Below are positions 25,681-38,060 of a stretch of 64,000 nucleotides of DNA, piece after piece (the stretch's first letter is position 1; each line of letters opens with the position of its first letter). The notes beneath the pieces were generated by a model. The model saw nothing but the letters and a program-made list of their open reading frames with translations, did no database searches and was not told the origin of the DNA. This stretch comes from Catajapyx aquilonaris (Eukaryota). The stretch is taken from NCBI GenBank assembly GCA_000934665.2, contig KZ538065.1:1-64000 (forward strand), in the 5' to 3' direction. A program made the position numbers and the translations under genes.

Positions 25681-27399
25681 TCACAACATCATCACAACAT
25701 CCATTCATGACTGATTTTTTCTAAGCCGAAAAGTCATTGACTTGAAATGCATGATCATAAGGGCCTAAGGGCAGTCTAAATTTTATGGCTATCATAATTT
25801 CTTTTCACTCCTTCAATCAAAGGGCTGCTCACCTGGTATTATCAGAATAAGCATTCCCTTAACGCTAAGTAGCGTTAATGGCAGGTAGCCTGTGAAGAAA
25901 GCACTTTCTTCACAGGCTACCTGCCCTTCTGTATGTAAAGGTAATAAATGGCCAACCCAGGGCCAACCACAGTAGGTGGCCGATGTGATTGTATGAGTTG
26001 CGTATGAGAGCATTAAAATACCTTGAATCACTACTGTGCCACTTCGAGGTTCATAAATTTGTTGCGTACAATAAGTTCTGCGTATTCATTGATTTCAAAT
26101 TTTGAAAATATTTTAAAGTAAAATTAGCGTCTGAAATTGCAACCATTGCAACTTTTTGTATAGGTCACAGCTTACCTTCCATAACCCGAAACTGTTTATT
26201 GTTCATTACTTCCGACAACTGCAATCAAATATTAATTAGCTGCAATAAACGACAGAGTCACATTCTACGCCTTTTTACTCACCATTTTTCATCCTTCCTC
26301 CATTTACCATAATCTATGTAAAAAATAACGCTGAAAATTTCTGGCCTCACCACAAGGTAACATTATTAAGACTATTAATGATTACATTATGCTGATAGCC
26401 TTTATGCGGCTGTACTCTTTACGTATACGTACACAATGTAAGACCTGAAATGCAGAATAGTGTCACACATTGGTCAAAAACTGAGTTGGGCTATTTTATT
26501 ATAATAATGCAGTGTAGTCCTTAACATAGTGAACTTTCTGACTGGAAAATCCCTGGAGAAATTACAGTGTTCTGATTGTGAGTTTATTTCTTGATGACAA
26601 CGGATCCTATAGAGGGGAAAATGCAATCTTCTTTCAATATCTCTTAATTGTTCTATTGGGAATAGTATACTAGTTCCGCATTTCAGGTATAGCATTAAAA
26701 TATTTTGCCTATACACTCAATGTGGTGATGCACCATAAAGCAGACGATTGTGGGTCAATACAATAAATTGTTGTATATCGTCGTACTCACTTCTCGAAAT
26801 ATTCAGCAATAATATTGAGCCCTGACTTTTTCACAGCATCTTTTTAAATAAAGCCTTGTTGTCTTAAATAGTTTTCAAGTACACTCTCCCTTTTTGTGCA
26901 AAAGCGTAATTCACTTTGCACATTGTTCTACAGAGATTCTTTCAGGTAGATTATTAACTGCACGCTATTCTCACCTTCAATGAAACAAAACATAACCAAA
27001 AATCACCCGACCTTCCTAGAAACCTGTCGATTGGAAGTGTGCGAATACGTGTTACGTCTACCTTTTGAAAGAACGTGACCGAGTGTTCCCAACTAACCCG
27101 ACATAATTTTTTTACATCCACTTAACTCACACTTTGGAAAGGGGGCCCCCATTTTCTTCTTCCTTCTTCACCCTTCTCTTCTGCTTCATTTTCTTTTTCT
27201 TGCAAAGTTGTGACTGCCACACGGTTGGGTTCCGTGGCCGCAGGGCAGTGCTGCGTTCTAGCTGGTTGGTTCATGACCCATCTTTTTTCCGTGACCTGTC
27301 GACCGCATTACTTTCTGGCATCAGCGCTGAGGGAGAGCTCTGCTGCGCTACTCCGTTTTGCCACCAGAGGTATATTGATGCGGATGCGAGATTTACCGA

Positions 27400-27532
27400 G
27401 GATGGAAGAATCCCGCGCAGTGTAACAGTTGACCTCGTCCGGTGCACGTGAGAAGGCAAGGTGGCAACAATACCTTAGGGAAGGTCTGGGTCATCTGTGA
27501 ACCGGTGCTGCACCTGTACACATTCACAACAG
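27400..27532 (+). promoter_or_regulatory. Candidate 5' non-coding exon for elongase B (start uncertain)
   Basis: GC-richer patch ending in strong donor CAG|gtaaga at 27533; B coding exon 1 has an acceptor at 29145. Confidence 0.4.
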
Positions 27533-29173
27533 GTAAGATTACATGTTGTTAAAATGTTAGATTTGATGTCGGATTGTGACAATCCGAAATGTTTGGGGTC
27601 TTTATAAAAATGTTCTACTTGATGCATAATAAAACCTGTTTTGAACGAATGTTTCTCGATTATCTCAAGGCCAATTTTTGAATTAAACCTTTTGTTGGGT
27701 AAGCATTATTGGGGCCGATATGTAGTAGCATGATGAGGATCGCCTGATAAATACAATGTGCCGAGCAGAAATTACTGAAAGGCTTTAACCTTCGTGACGA
27801 GAAGTAATTCTACAGATCCCAGCAGCTTGAATTTTGAATTTGCCGTTCGAGTAAGACCGGTCTGTTGCCTGAGTTTAATAAATTAAAAAGTGTAGAGTAC
27901 ATGCAAGTGTGATATGCACTTTTATATGTGCCTAGTTTGTTATCGCTAGCAAGGTTTAGACAAAATAGTGCGTAGTATTATTACCTGTTTGAAATCGGGA
28001 AGTCATTATGCCTTAGAGTCAATGGTTAGGCAAAGTGAACTAAATAAAAAAAACAAGATTCACCAGGTTGTCCCAATCGTTGCATAATACGGATGTGATT
28101 TTCGCTGAGTTAACCAAACTTGACTGGCTATTTGGTGTCCTGAAGTGCGTTGGGAGACAACTTTCTTGATGCCGCAAGAATCAGGAAATGTGAAATGGAT
28201 ACATACTTCAGACTTTCCATCTGACATTTTCGTTACACATAAGTAAAGTAGGAGAAGGATTCGGTCGTGCTACAAGTGCATCTGAGCCGTCTTGATTGGA
28301 CTCACTGCACCTGTCATTATCTGGTAATGTAACGGCAATATTTGCCTGCGAGACATACGAGTAGTTGTAATGTTTGACAGAGCGTAACTAATTGCTAAGT
28401 TTTTGCAACATATTTATTGAGGATGCTAAGATACTGCTTACTCTTTTTAGGTGCTGGTCAACATACGAAGCTGCAATTAAAATATTAAAATTGCATCAAT
28501 AGATGCACTTCTCAGAAAACATCGCTTGCTGATTCTTCTCATTGATTTGGAAAACGTAAGTACATAGCATATACAGTATCACTTCATAATAATTATTTCC
28601 ACGCGATGTTTCAGTGCATTATTACCTATAAAAAGGACGATTCATTCATTTAAAGATGTGAGATAAATTGAGGAAAAAATACTTGAAAATGTCCCAGCAG
28701 TAAAAGCTGAATTGTGCAACAAGACACCTAATAGAGATGCCTCTCTTGGCACAAAAAACACATCTGCTTAATTCCACCTTTTGTGTGGCATAAAAATACA
28801 CTGAATGACGCAGGTGGAAACCATCCAGCCGTTGTATTGTTGTGAACACTGATTATATTGTGAAAAATATCTCGCAAGTCAAAGTCACGCACTGCGAGTA
28901 CAGTATTGGATAATCGCAATTGGTCCATCCACAAAATGTGTTTGCGCACCACCCTGTACCAATTAGTACACTAATGCTTCCGGGTAAATGTCTGCTACAA
29001 AAAATAATAAGAAATTGTGTGGAATCAGTGAAGCAACGATTATTATCTTCTACCGTACTTATAGGCATAGAGAAAATTGCTTTCACGGAATCAACCTCCT
29101 CAGTCGTGCATTACAATATTTTGCATTATGACTCCTTTTTTTCAGATTTTTTCTGCATCAGAGAATTGACAAG

Positions 29174-29249
29174 ATGTCTCTCTCAGCTTTGGCCTTCTCA
29201 ATACCAGACATGCTCATGGGATTTGGCAAATACATGGACGAAGTCGCAG
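29174..29249 (+). CDS. Elongase B exon 1 (MSLSALAFSIPDMLMGFGKYMDEVA)
   Basis: Acceptor ends 29145, CAAG-ATG, phase-1 donor CAG|gtacgt; downstream in-frame ATGs are alternative starts. Confidence 0.82.
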
Positions 29250-31467
29250 GTACGTCACATCTAACAACACATTTCATCTAAAATATCGGGCATGGGAGCA
29301 CATGTGATGCAAAAATCCGCGATGTTCCCTTACGTAACAGCGGATACCGACCTTTCACCACCATCTCATTGCACCACGAAAAAGGGTCGGAGTGCGTCCG
29401 ACACGAATGGACAGCGCAGGCTCTCAGCAATCCGACTACACACCGTGACCTCTCAGAACAGTAACCATCCGCCTCACGTCCCGAGCCCCCCCAAAAAAAC
29501 AATGCCTATGAATCGCGACATTTCACCTCCGGAGCAATGACCCAAAATGGCGATACAATCTGAAACCCCGCTCTTCCGGTGCATGATGGTAAAGAAAGTC
29601 TTGACTGTATGTCGCGGATGCACGGGCTTAATTTGTTACGTAATTTAGCCCAATTTGCATTGCGCCCAACCGGTTTCAAACTGTAAACCAAGATGGTTTT
29701 TTTTCCCCTCCTCCTTTTTCTTGGTGACCTTTGCTCAAATGAAACAGACGCCTGTGTGGGAAGGAAGGTTGCTCTCCTGGAGCGGTAGTGTTATGACTCT
29801 GTACCCCACTAACCGCAATTTTTCCACCTTATTGCAGACCCTAGAATGCGGTCTTACCCAATGATGGACAGCCCCACACCACTGATGATCCTCATCGCCA
29901 TATATCTGTTCTTCTGCCTCAAAGTAGGGCCTCGCTATATGAAGAACAGAGAGCCATACAATCTGAGGAATGTCATCATTCTATATAACGTTTATCAAAT
30001 AGCAATCAACATTATGTTATTTTTAGCGGTTAGTATTTTGGTTATCATTCAAGGCCGTCCATAATGTACAATCCCCCTTTCCCCATGTCGCACACTGGCA
30101 CAAAATATTTTAACAAAAAAAAAAAGAGTTACACAACCCCATCACCATATGTCACGCACCGTCACACTAGCCCACACTCCCCTGTCGTGATGTGCCTTAT
30201 GGACGACCCCCTTTATGTCTGGCTGGCGAAACCTGTCTAACGTTTTGTGTACTCGCAGGGAGGATTTTCAGGATGGTTTGGAAAGTACAACTACATATGC
30301 GAGCCTCTAGATACGAGCAACAGCCCTCATGCGTTACTCGTGAGTTGTATTGCTTAAAACGATCGAAGTGTGACAAATTGCTCACTTGTTTATGACTTCG
30401 TTTGCTCGACAGGCGGTGAAGTATTGCTACCTCTTTGTCATGTCCCGGATTGTGGATTATTTGGACACGGTAAGGAATTGAGATGACGCAACTTTGAAGT
30501 CACATGTTGGACGTGATTAATTCACGCGTTTCGTCACTTTTTAGAAAAAAGTCCCCCATTATTTCCACGGAGTTTACGTTTCAGGTGTTTTTTGTGCTGA
30601 CGAAAAAATTCTCTTATATCTCCTCCTTGCATCTTACTCATCATATCCTGACTTCCGTTTTTTCCTGGTATGGTTGTAGAATTACCCCTGGTAAGTCGCC
30701 AATTTTCACCACATTACGGATTTTACTAAATTACATAATTATATTTTCATAATAATTGACTGTGGTCGATAATAATTTTGCTTTTTTTGTCTCGACAGGC
30801 GGCCATGGAACTTTTGTTGGATTCATCAACTCATTTGTGCATGTAGTCATGTACACATACTACCTCTTAGCTGTTCTTGGTCCACGGTTTAAAAAGTATC
30901 TGTGGTGGAAGCAATATCTCACTGTGATTCAAATTGTAAGTACGGTAGTGTACAAGGCCAAAAGAATTTTTGTACCAGTTATGCAACTCTCAGCACTCCT
31001 ATCACATTGTTGGGAATACTGACGGTTGTGTATAACATTTTTTTTTGATACATTGATATAAGTAACATTACTTCTTTTTTACAGGTGCAATTCATTATGG
31101 TCATCATTCACGAATCATCAGCACTAGTAGTTGGCTGTGATTACCCCAAGCAGATAAATATCGGAATAATATTCATCAACGCCCTGATGGTTATAATGTT
31201 CTCCAACTTTTATTATCGAGCTTACTTGAGACCTGCAAAGAAGGTCGCGGTACGTACTCCTTTCAGTGACCATGCAGAGAGGGCCAATCAGAGAAGACCA
31301 AACAATTGTATTGTCAAAAATTTCAGGCTCACAAGAAAGACGACTCTGTCCGGAATGGTCATCAAGTGAAGCCAGTGAATGCGGTCGCGTGCGGCAAAGA
31401 AGAATTGGCGACCTTGATGAATCATCCTGATCTTAAAGTCAGAAAGCATGTCAACGGAACCACGTGA
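29174..31467 (+). CDS. Elongase B: divergent ELOVL-family elongase, 8 coding exons, 317 aa
   Basis: join(29174..29249,29838..30028,30259..30339,30413..30469,30585..30690,30799..30935,31085..31249,31327..31467) = 954 nt, GT-AG, continuous frame. Motifs SRIVDYLDT, LHLTHH, NSFVHVVMYTYY, KYLWWK, TVIQIVQF. Confidence 0.95.
29838..30028 (+). CDS. Elongase B exon 2 (DPRMRSYPMMDSP...YNVYQIAINIMLFLA)
   Basis: ttgcag/gttagt, 191 nt. Confidence 0.95.
30259..30339 (+). CDS. Elongase B exon 3 (GGFSGWFGKYNYICEPLDTSNSPHALL)
   Basis: cgcag/gtgagt, 81 nt. Confidence 0.94.
30413..30469 (+). CDS. Elongase B exon 4 (AVKYCYLFVMSRIVDYLDT)
   Basis: acag/gtaagg, 57 nt. Confidence 0.94.
30585..30690 (+). CDS. Elongase B exon 5 (VFFVLTKKFSYISSLHLTHHILTSVFSWYGCRITP)
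   Basis: tttcag/gtaagt, 106 nt, HxxHH. Confidence 0.95.
30799..30935 (+). CDS. Elongase B exon 6 (GGHGTFVGFINSFVHVVMYTYY...KYLWWKQYLTVIQI)
   Basis: acag/gtaagt, 137 nt. Confidence 0.95.
31085..31249 (+). CDS. Elongase B exon 7 (VQFIMVIIHESSALVVGCDYP...FSNFYYRAYLRPAKKVA)
   Basis: tacag/gtacgt, 165 nt. Confidence 0.92.
31327..31467 (+). CDS. Elongase B exon 8 (AHKKDDSVRNGHQVKP...KVRKHVNGTT*)
   Basis: tttcag acceptor, phase 0, TGA 31465-31467; K/N/G-rich tail typical of insect elongases. Confidence 0.82.
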   Translation, partial: AHKKDDSVRNGHQVKPVNAVACGKEELATLMNHPDLKVRKHVNGTT

Positions 31468-31620
31468 TATGTCGCCTATTGTAACTTCGCACTTGAAAAT
31501 ATGAGATTACTTATTTTTTTTTCCTTCTCAAAGGATTAACTGCGTGAACTGTAAGTATATTTTAAGAGAAAAAAAGGTAACACAGCGCAGATATGTAGAT
31601 TATGATTTTTGTATCGAAAT

Positions 31621-31626
31621 AATAAA
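31621..31626 (+). terminator. Candidate poly(A) signal of elongase B
   Basis: AATAAA 154 nt after the stop, followed by GT-rich sequence. Confidence 0.5.
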
Positions 31627-33850
31627 AAAAGAGATAACTGTCGTTGTCAGTGACGCATTTGATGTTCTCCTTTGTTCAGTTGTACTGTGAGTGATTGACC
31701 TCTTTCGACGCATCGATGTCCTTCGAGGACGGAAGGTCCTTGCGCTTCGAATGGTCGTCATCACCAATTCGCCGTAATAGAACTTTGTTTACGTGCACTT
31801 GCAGGAACAGGTTGTGTGCAAGTAATTTGGGACAGGTAAGACTATAAGTTATTATTAGAATTTGTATCCTATAAGTAATGACGCACTTTCAGAGACCTTC
31901 GGGCGGGACCTGTTTTTAAAAGAACTGGGTATTCCCAAACAAAACCGGATCATTTAACATGAGTGAGTCATATATTAGTCTAGTGTGGATGAACTCTTTC
32001 AAAACAGTCCTTACAGCTTTTAGAATTCATTTTGTGTAAAATAAGAATTCAAATCTACAAAAAGTTACTATCGAATTTAATTATTGAATTATTTGTAAAA
32101 GAACATGTATTAAACAGAGAAGAGTGAAAATTGACTCCAAATAATTTACAGGTTCGTAAGTTCCTAATGCTCGAAGCTGTTCAGTTGATATCGACCAAAA
32201 AAGTAATGCACGTGACCAAGGGGAACATAATGTTCCAAAAAAACATTATCTGTCCAAAAAATGACGTATTGTTTCCGCTCTTATAACGGGTCTGTTCTTG
32301 CTGGATGTTACATATGACCATCCGAACGAGAAGTAAAAAAGAAGTGTTATGGCGATCCGGAAGCGGAGGGCTCAAGTTCAAGGAACTTTTTTCTGTGGGA
32401 TTTGTTTAGGTTGTAATCCACATGCAAAATGTAATTACCGTACTCTACGTACAAAGGTTTACGTGTAGTTAATTAGTTACAGAGGCAGATTTTCGAGCCA
32501 CACGATTGAGGTCCTATCATTTAGTGAGCGGATTTGGAGATGGAGGTACTTACAGTTTTAAGTGGAAATAATAATAATAGAAAATGAAAAGGTGAATGAA
32601 AGGAAATGTGCATTATGAATCGTTTGGAGAAAAAAAAATTATGGGTGATGTAAGACGAAGATTGGTTTCCATCTGGGCCTGAGGGATCAGTCACAAAATC
32701 TTTCAAGTGTGGGAAAGAGAAGACCTACTCGTAAGGTATGGGTATTTCCTGAAACTGTAACGATGCGGAAACTTTCCGGAAATCGTGAGCATGCTATGGT
32801 GCATGCCAGACAAAGTGAAGGCAACCGAAAGATGTTCAGGAATTTTTTATGCGCATATTTTTTGTGCTTTTGCACACACACACTAGTTTTTTTTCTGACA
32901 GACAAGGTACGATTAATGGTTACTTCGAGATGTTCTGACATGTACTTTTCGACTAATGACCGGGAGAAGAAAAACACTATTATGTCTATATGCGTGAGCA
33001 AGTCTGAAATATTTCTTCGGCGTTGTAACCTTCAAGAGTTATTCTGAACACAAGAGGGGAATTTTGGCTGGATTTCTGTACTTGAAGTTACATGAAAATA
33101 ATTTTTATATGCAAATCGTTAAATAATTTGCAGGTGAGTTTGGACGGTACGTACATCATCTGCATCACTATATGAATACGTATATTTTCTGCTGCGTCAG
33201 AAGACTAATTAATGATCCTTCCGTGGTACAGGGTTATAATGATATAATGTGCTGCATTTCATAACTGAAAATGATATCATACGAGTTACATTGACCTACG
33301 TGTACTTGAACTGCATTTTAAAATATGTGCCAGTTAATGCAGATGAGCTATTGAAATGTTTTGATTGAGTATGACGCACTACACAATAAGCATCATTCTC
33401 ACCGACATTTCAAGGTAAAAGAACTAATCTGAAAGAGAGGCTAAGAGACACATATCTAAGCATCCTTTCGACACAAAAATAAAATTTCTGCTATACTTGC
33501 ATAAAAAGTCGATTACATTGTACAATCTACTCAAGGTTTTGAGGGCAACTTTAGTGCGTAATAACCATTAGCGTCTGCAATATATGGTTATTTAAATCCT
33601 AGTCACTGGGTCACATAACTGGCGCATGGTAAGATTAACGTTACATTTAACTGATTTAAGTCGCAGCAGAGGGAATGCATTCTACAAGTTTCATACATTT
33701 CTATTACAGTACACGACGAGAGTGCATGATTAAACCGCTTACATGTGATTACTACTAGTTAACCTCGAATCCACTGTACAATAACCTACAATGTACTCCT
33801 CTGTGAATTCCTGGTCTGCAATAATTTCTCAATTTAAAAAATAATGCATA

Positions 33851-34444
33851 TGTAACGTGCCAGCAAACAAGGTCACCATGGAATAAGGCAGCATCCCCCG
33901 AGAAATCACCTAAATTACCTTCCTACTTTCCCTTCCTACAACAACAGACTCTCACCCCAAACGACAATAACACCCCTATATCAACAGCAGCAATCGAGCC
34001 GGATAGCTCAATTCGGCTACAGTTCCGGTGTGGGACGCGGACGGGAGTACGAGTGATACAGTTGGTGACTCTGTGCAATACCATTATACCAAGAAGATCA
34101 GCACTACCCAGCGGCGAGTCAGAGACGGCCCGTGCCCCAACCTAGGAAGTCAGCAAGGACCCGGCGGACACCGGGACAGCAATTATAGGAAGACAGCGAG
34201 TACTGGGTGAGTGGAAGGCACGACTGCATCCAAAAGGGGGTTGTACCGTATTGTTGCGCCGCCACTGGGTTCGCTGCCAGAAGTACCATGTGTCTAGTGT
34301 ACCCCTGTATTAATGCGCCCCTATATCACAATAAATTAGTTGGAACAGAACCGAGCCTTACTGTCAGTTGTTGATAGCCCGTGCCCCCTTGACCTTCCGG
34401 GGTCCGGGTACCGCCCTATGTGCCCATCCCAACATTCCTCCCCC
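33851..34444. mobile_element. LTR-like segment (584 bp, TGT...ACA) with adjacent polypurine tract
   Basis: GC-rich block in AT-rich DNA, from TGTAAC (33851) to CCCAACA (34434), abutted by TTCCTCCCCC (minus-strand GGGGGAGGAA); AATAAA at 34330; no TSD seen. Confidence 0.55.
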
Positions 34445-37400
34445 TGGGCCCTTCTCCAGGATCCACCTTCCCCATATGCTCGAGTGCACTCTTACTTGAA
34501 AAATGTAATATGCAATATGCAATATTAATCGAATGTATTGTATGGTGTATCACATGCACAACAATATACAGATTATAGGCTACACATTCAGATATGAACA
34601 AAATCAATGAAAAATCAATTAGAGTCGTTAAAATAATATTGTACTGTACTGCCATAAAAATGATTGGGATCTATGATGTATTAATATTTATTTAACATTT
34701 TCAATGCATTCAAATTATTTCATACGCTCCCATTCACGAATTGGCGCTTCTAAGGCTCAAGGAATGCACTTGTTTTAAAACTCAAATCATCACGTGTTTG
34801 CTATTAACAGCACTGCATTATTTGCAAGGTGATGCATACAGTGTATACATCCTGCTTTAGGATTACTTTTTTTTCTTATCGAACCTTGAGAAATATATTC
34901 ATGATTATGAAAATTTGGCTGGACGCTTCACACCTCAAACAACGCCAATAGTCATAGTTTCTCAGCCTTCGCGCAGAAAAAAAATGGGTTTTTTCGAAAA
35001 TTATAATGTTTTGCTGCTGAGAGGAGACAAGCGTTATTTTAATGATGTTTTTAGAAGCATTTCAGATTTGCCACGGAGATGTGGTTTTCTACAAAAATTC
35101 TCTCATTTAAACCTAATAAAATGTATGTAAATTATTGTGCTACATTACATTATTATTTAGCTCGAGACTATGTAGGCAACTGCTTTATATTATGTCAAGT
35201 GGAAATTGTTAGTCTTGTTTCGGTTGTGTAGTTGTCATTCAAAGACTGAAATTGAATAAGTTGTTTCGAAAACCACATAAGTCCAATGAACCAACTTTTG
35301 AGAAAAACACAGAAAATTGGTCCTACTCATTCCCATCATTGCTTTTGCTATTATTATTTTTAGTGAATATTCCTCATTAATAGAGGAATATAATATTGTA
35401 TAATAATATTATTAGGTATATCTAGAATCTAGAAATTTCTCATGGAAGTTGTGAAATCTTAATAAAAACTTTCTGGATTTATATGGGGTTTTCGTAACAA
35501 ATGGGATTTCAGAGCACATAAAAACGAGTTTGTCTGTGTGAAATAATTCTTTATATTGTTACAAGTTACAAATTTCATGCTTTTTTGTTTCATTATCACT
35601 CTTTCAGCTAATTAATGTTTCATAGAGTACTATGTGTTCTTGGGGGATGTATCGTTCTAGATAACTTCCATCATGAGGATATTTCTTTGCACTAGCTGCC
35701 ATTTGCAGTATTCAAAAGGGATTTATATACGATGGATATCTCTTTCATTGCCGTCTTTAAACCCCCAAAACCACTATCCCAAGGCAAGCAACATGGCAGT
35801 ATTAACTCAAAGATTCCAAAAAGTGGACTTATGTTGTTTTCGAAATAATGGCTGATAATTCAATTATGATAGGACCAAATTAATAGCATACATATCAAGT
35901 GGACAAATTTCTGTCATTAAAGAATATAATACATATTAAATGCCACAATATTAGAAAAGTATCAGTCACTGATTTTTGTCGTTTCAGTCACCTTGGCTGT
36001 CCAGTGAGCTATAAACAGTGAGAAAATTGCAACATTTTAAGGCGTAACAATCGAAAGCCCGTTTGTGATTCAGTGTCCTTGAATAATCTGCAATATCGAA
36101 CAATAGCACTTGGTGACATTTTTATTGTATATTTTTCGAATATTTTACAACATTTATGTAAGACTCATACTGAAACTCTGTGTCTTTTCAGTTACCTTTG
36201 GTATCAAGTGAGCAATGAACTGAGCGTAAACTGCAGCAGTACAAGGAATAACAATCAGGACATGGTCTTTTGCAATTCATTGTCCTCGAATAATCGTGAT
36301 ATATCCTATATCGGATGATAGCACTTGGCGATTCTTTATTTTTGACACTATTTCTTCGAATATTTTTTTCAGCATTACTGTAAGCCGTGAGATTACTTAT
36401 ACAGAAACTGTACTCTGCAGAAATGTTTGTCTTGAAAAAAATCTGTAATTTCCACTCGAATGAGGGTTGCATAATAATTTTAATCATGTGCATCGTATAA
36501 TTATTTTTCTGTTTCTACAATGTTTATTTTATCTTGTTGACTTGTATCATTACGTGTATGTGACGCAACATGAATCTAGTTCCATATTTTCTATGATATG
36601 ATTTTTCCTCGGATTTTTCCAGGATTTGTATAGAACAGTGTCTCGAATATCCTGTCTAGAATTGTTATATACTAATAAAAAAATCTCATCCAAAATCACT
36701 AACAGAGTGTAATTTTTCCATTTTGTAACAAACTGATCCTTCTACATTGCATAAAGGTGTAATTGGAGTAACTTGCTTTTGCCAGCCTTTCACATTATGC
36801 AATAAATATGTGATCTTCAGTTATCCACTTTTGTAGCTCTTTTATTCATTGGTATTAATTTGATTACACTTGTTCTCATGAGAATATAATATACTTCTAA
36901 GTTTGAAAAATTTGCATGATTGAAAACAGAGCTTCCCAGATGATTATAGCCACTTGAGGCCATATTTTGCCTGAACATAGCTTTCTACCACAATATTACG
37001 GGCCAGTGGGAAAGTCATTGTGCAAGGGAACCTTGTGGCGGGACAGGTGTCATTCTTCTCCTAAAAACATGGTTGTGAGGTAGTTCATAACTAGCACTCT
37101 TTTATTCCATTCAACCCTCAATTTCATATTACCCAAGAGGAAACATTTACACTCAAGGTTAATGTGATATTCATATCTTGGAAGATCACATGCTTCTGGT
37201 GTCGTGTTGCATTGGCGCCGTAGCACTCGACTTAAAAGAAAATAACACAGAGCTCTAAGTTCCGGGTTACACAAAATGCACGTAATGGCGCATAATTTTC
37301 CACCGTTTTTCTTGCCTGTCATTTCTATTACACAATTTAAAAATTGGCTAATTACGGAATAATTGAAATTGAACGACGCGCAATCGGGAAAACCCTCGTG

Positions 37401-37692
37401 GTGTGTATTGTCCTCTAATTACAATATGCACACGACATACCCACATGCGGCGCATGTGACACAACACTGACGTATAGTACTTAGACACGACAATGTGAGA
37501 AAATTACAGGATGTGTGTGCATGTGATCGTGCATTTGCATATTATCTCTCAAAGTAAGTTACTCGGTAGTACTTACGTGTACAAGTACTCACACTATCTG
37601 CCTCAAATTCTGCAAATTAAAGACATACGCAGCTCCAGGCTTGGAAACCGGCTGTCATGCTAACTGACCTTAGACAAACAAACTGTGACTTT

Positions 37693-37755
37693 TATAATAA
37701 TAGACTATATTGTTTACAAATGAAGCATTTTTGACGCACAACTATCAAGGTTAAG
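37693..37755 (+). promoter_or_regulatory. Candidate proximal promoter and short 5' exon for elongase C
   Basis: TATAATA at 37693, Inr-like GCATT at 37725, donor AAG|gtgagc at 37756, acceptor at 37994. Confidence 0.4.
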
Positions 37756-37999
37756 GTGAGCGTGTTGGACAGATGAAAGTCACAAAAAAGTCACTGGACA
37801 GCTCCCATATTTTTTGCGTAGGCATATTTTTTGTGTGTCCATACCTCGTAGAGTACACTCCTCCTCTTTTCCCCACTCACTGGTTGGATGTGATTCCAGG
37901 CCCCGCCACATCTTTTTAGCACGGCATTCTGATTATCCTTCCTTGGCACACTCGGCGCTCGAGCACCTTCGTGGTCGGTTCCCTTCTGCCATAGGTGCC

Positions 38000-38060
38000 A
38001 TGGACAGATACGTGATGGACATCACCGGGAAAATACGGGAGGAGATAGACAGGGACACGG
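38000..38060 (+). CDS. Elongase C exon 1 (MDRYVMDITGKIREEIDRDT)
   Basis: Acceptor atag ends 37994, GCC-ATG-G, phase-1 donor G|gtaagt; same 61-nt coding length as A exon 1. Confidence 0.8.
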
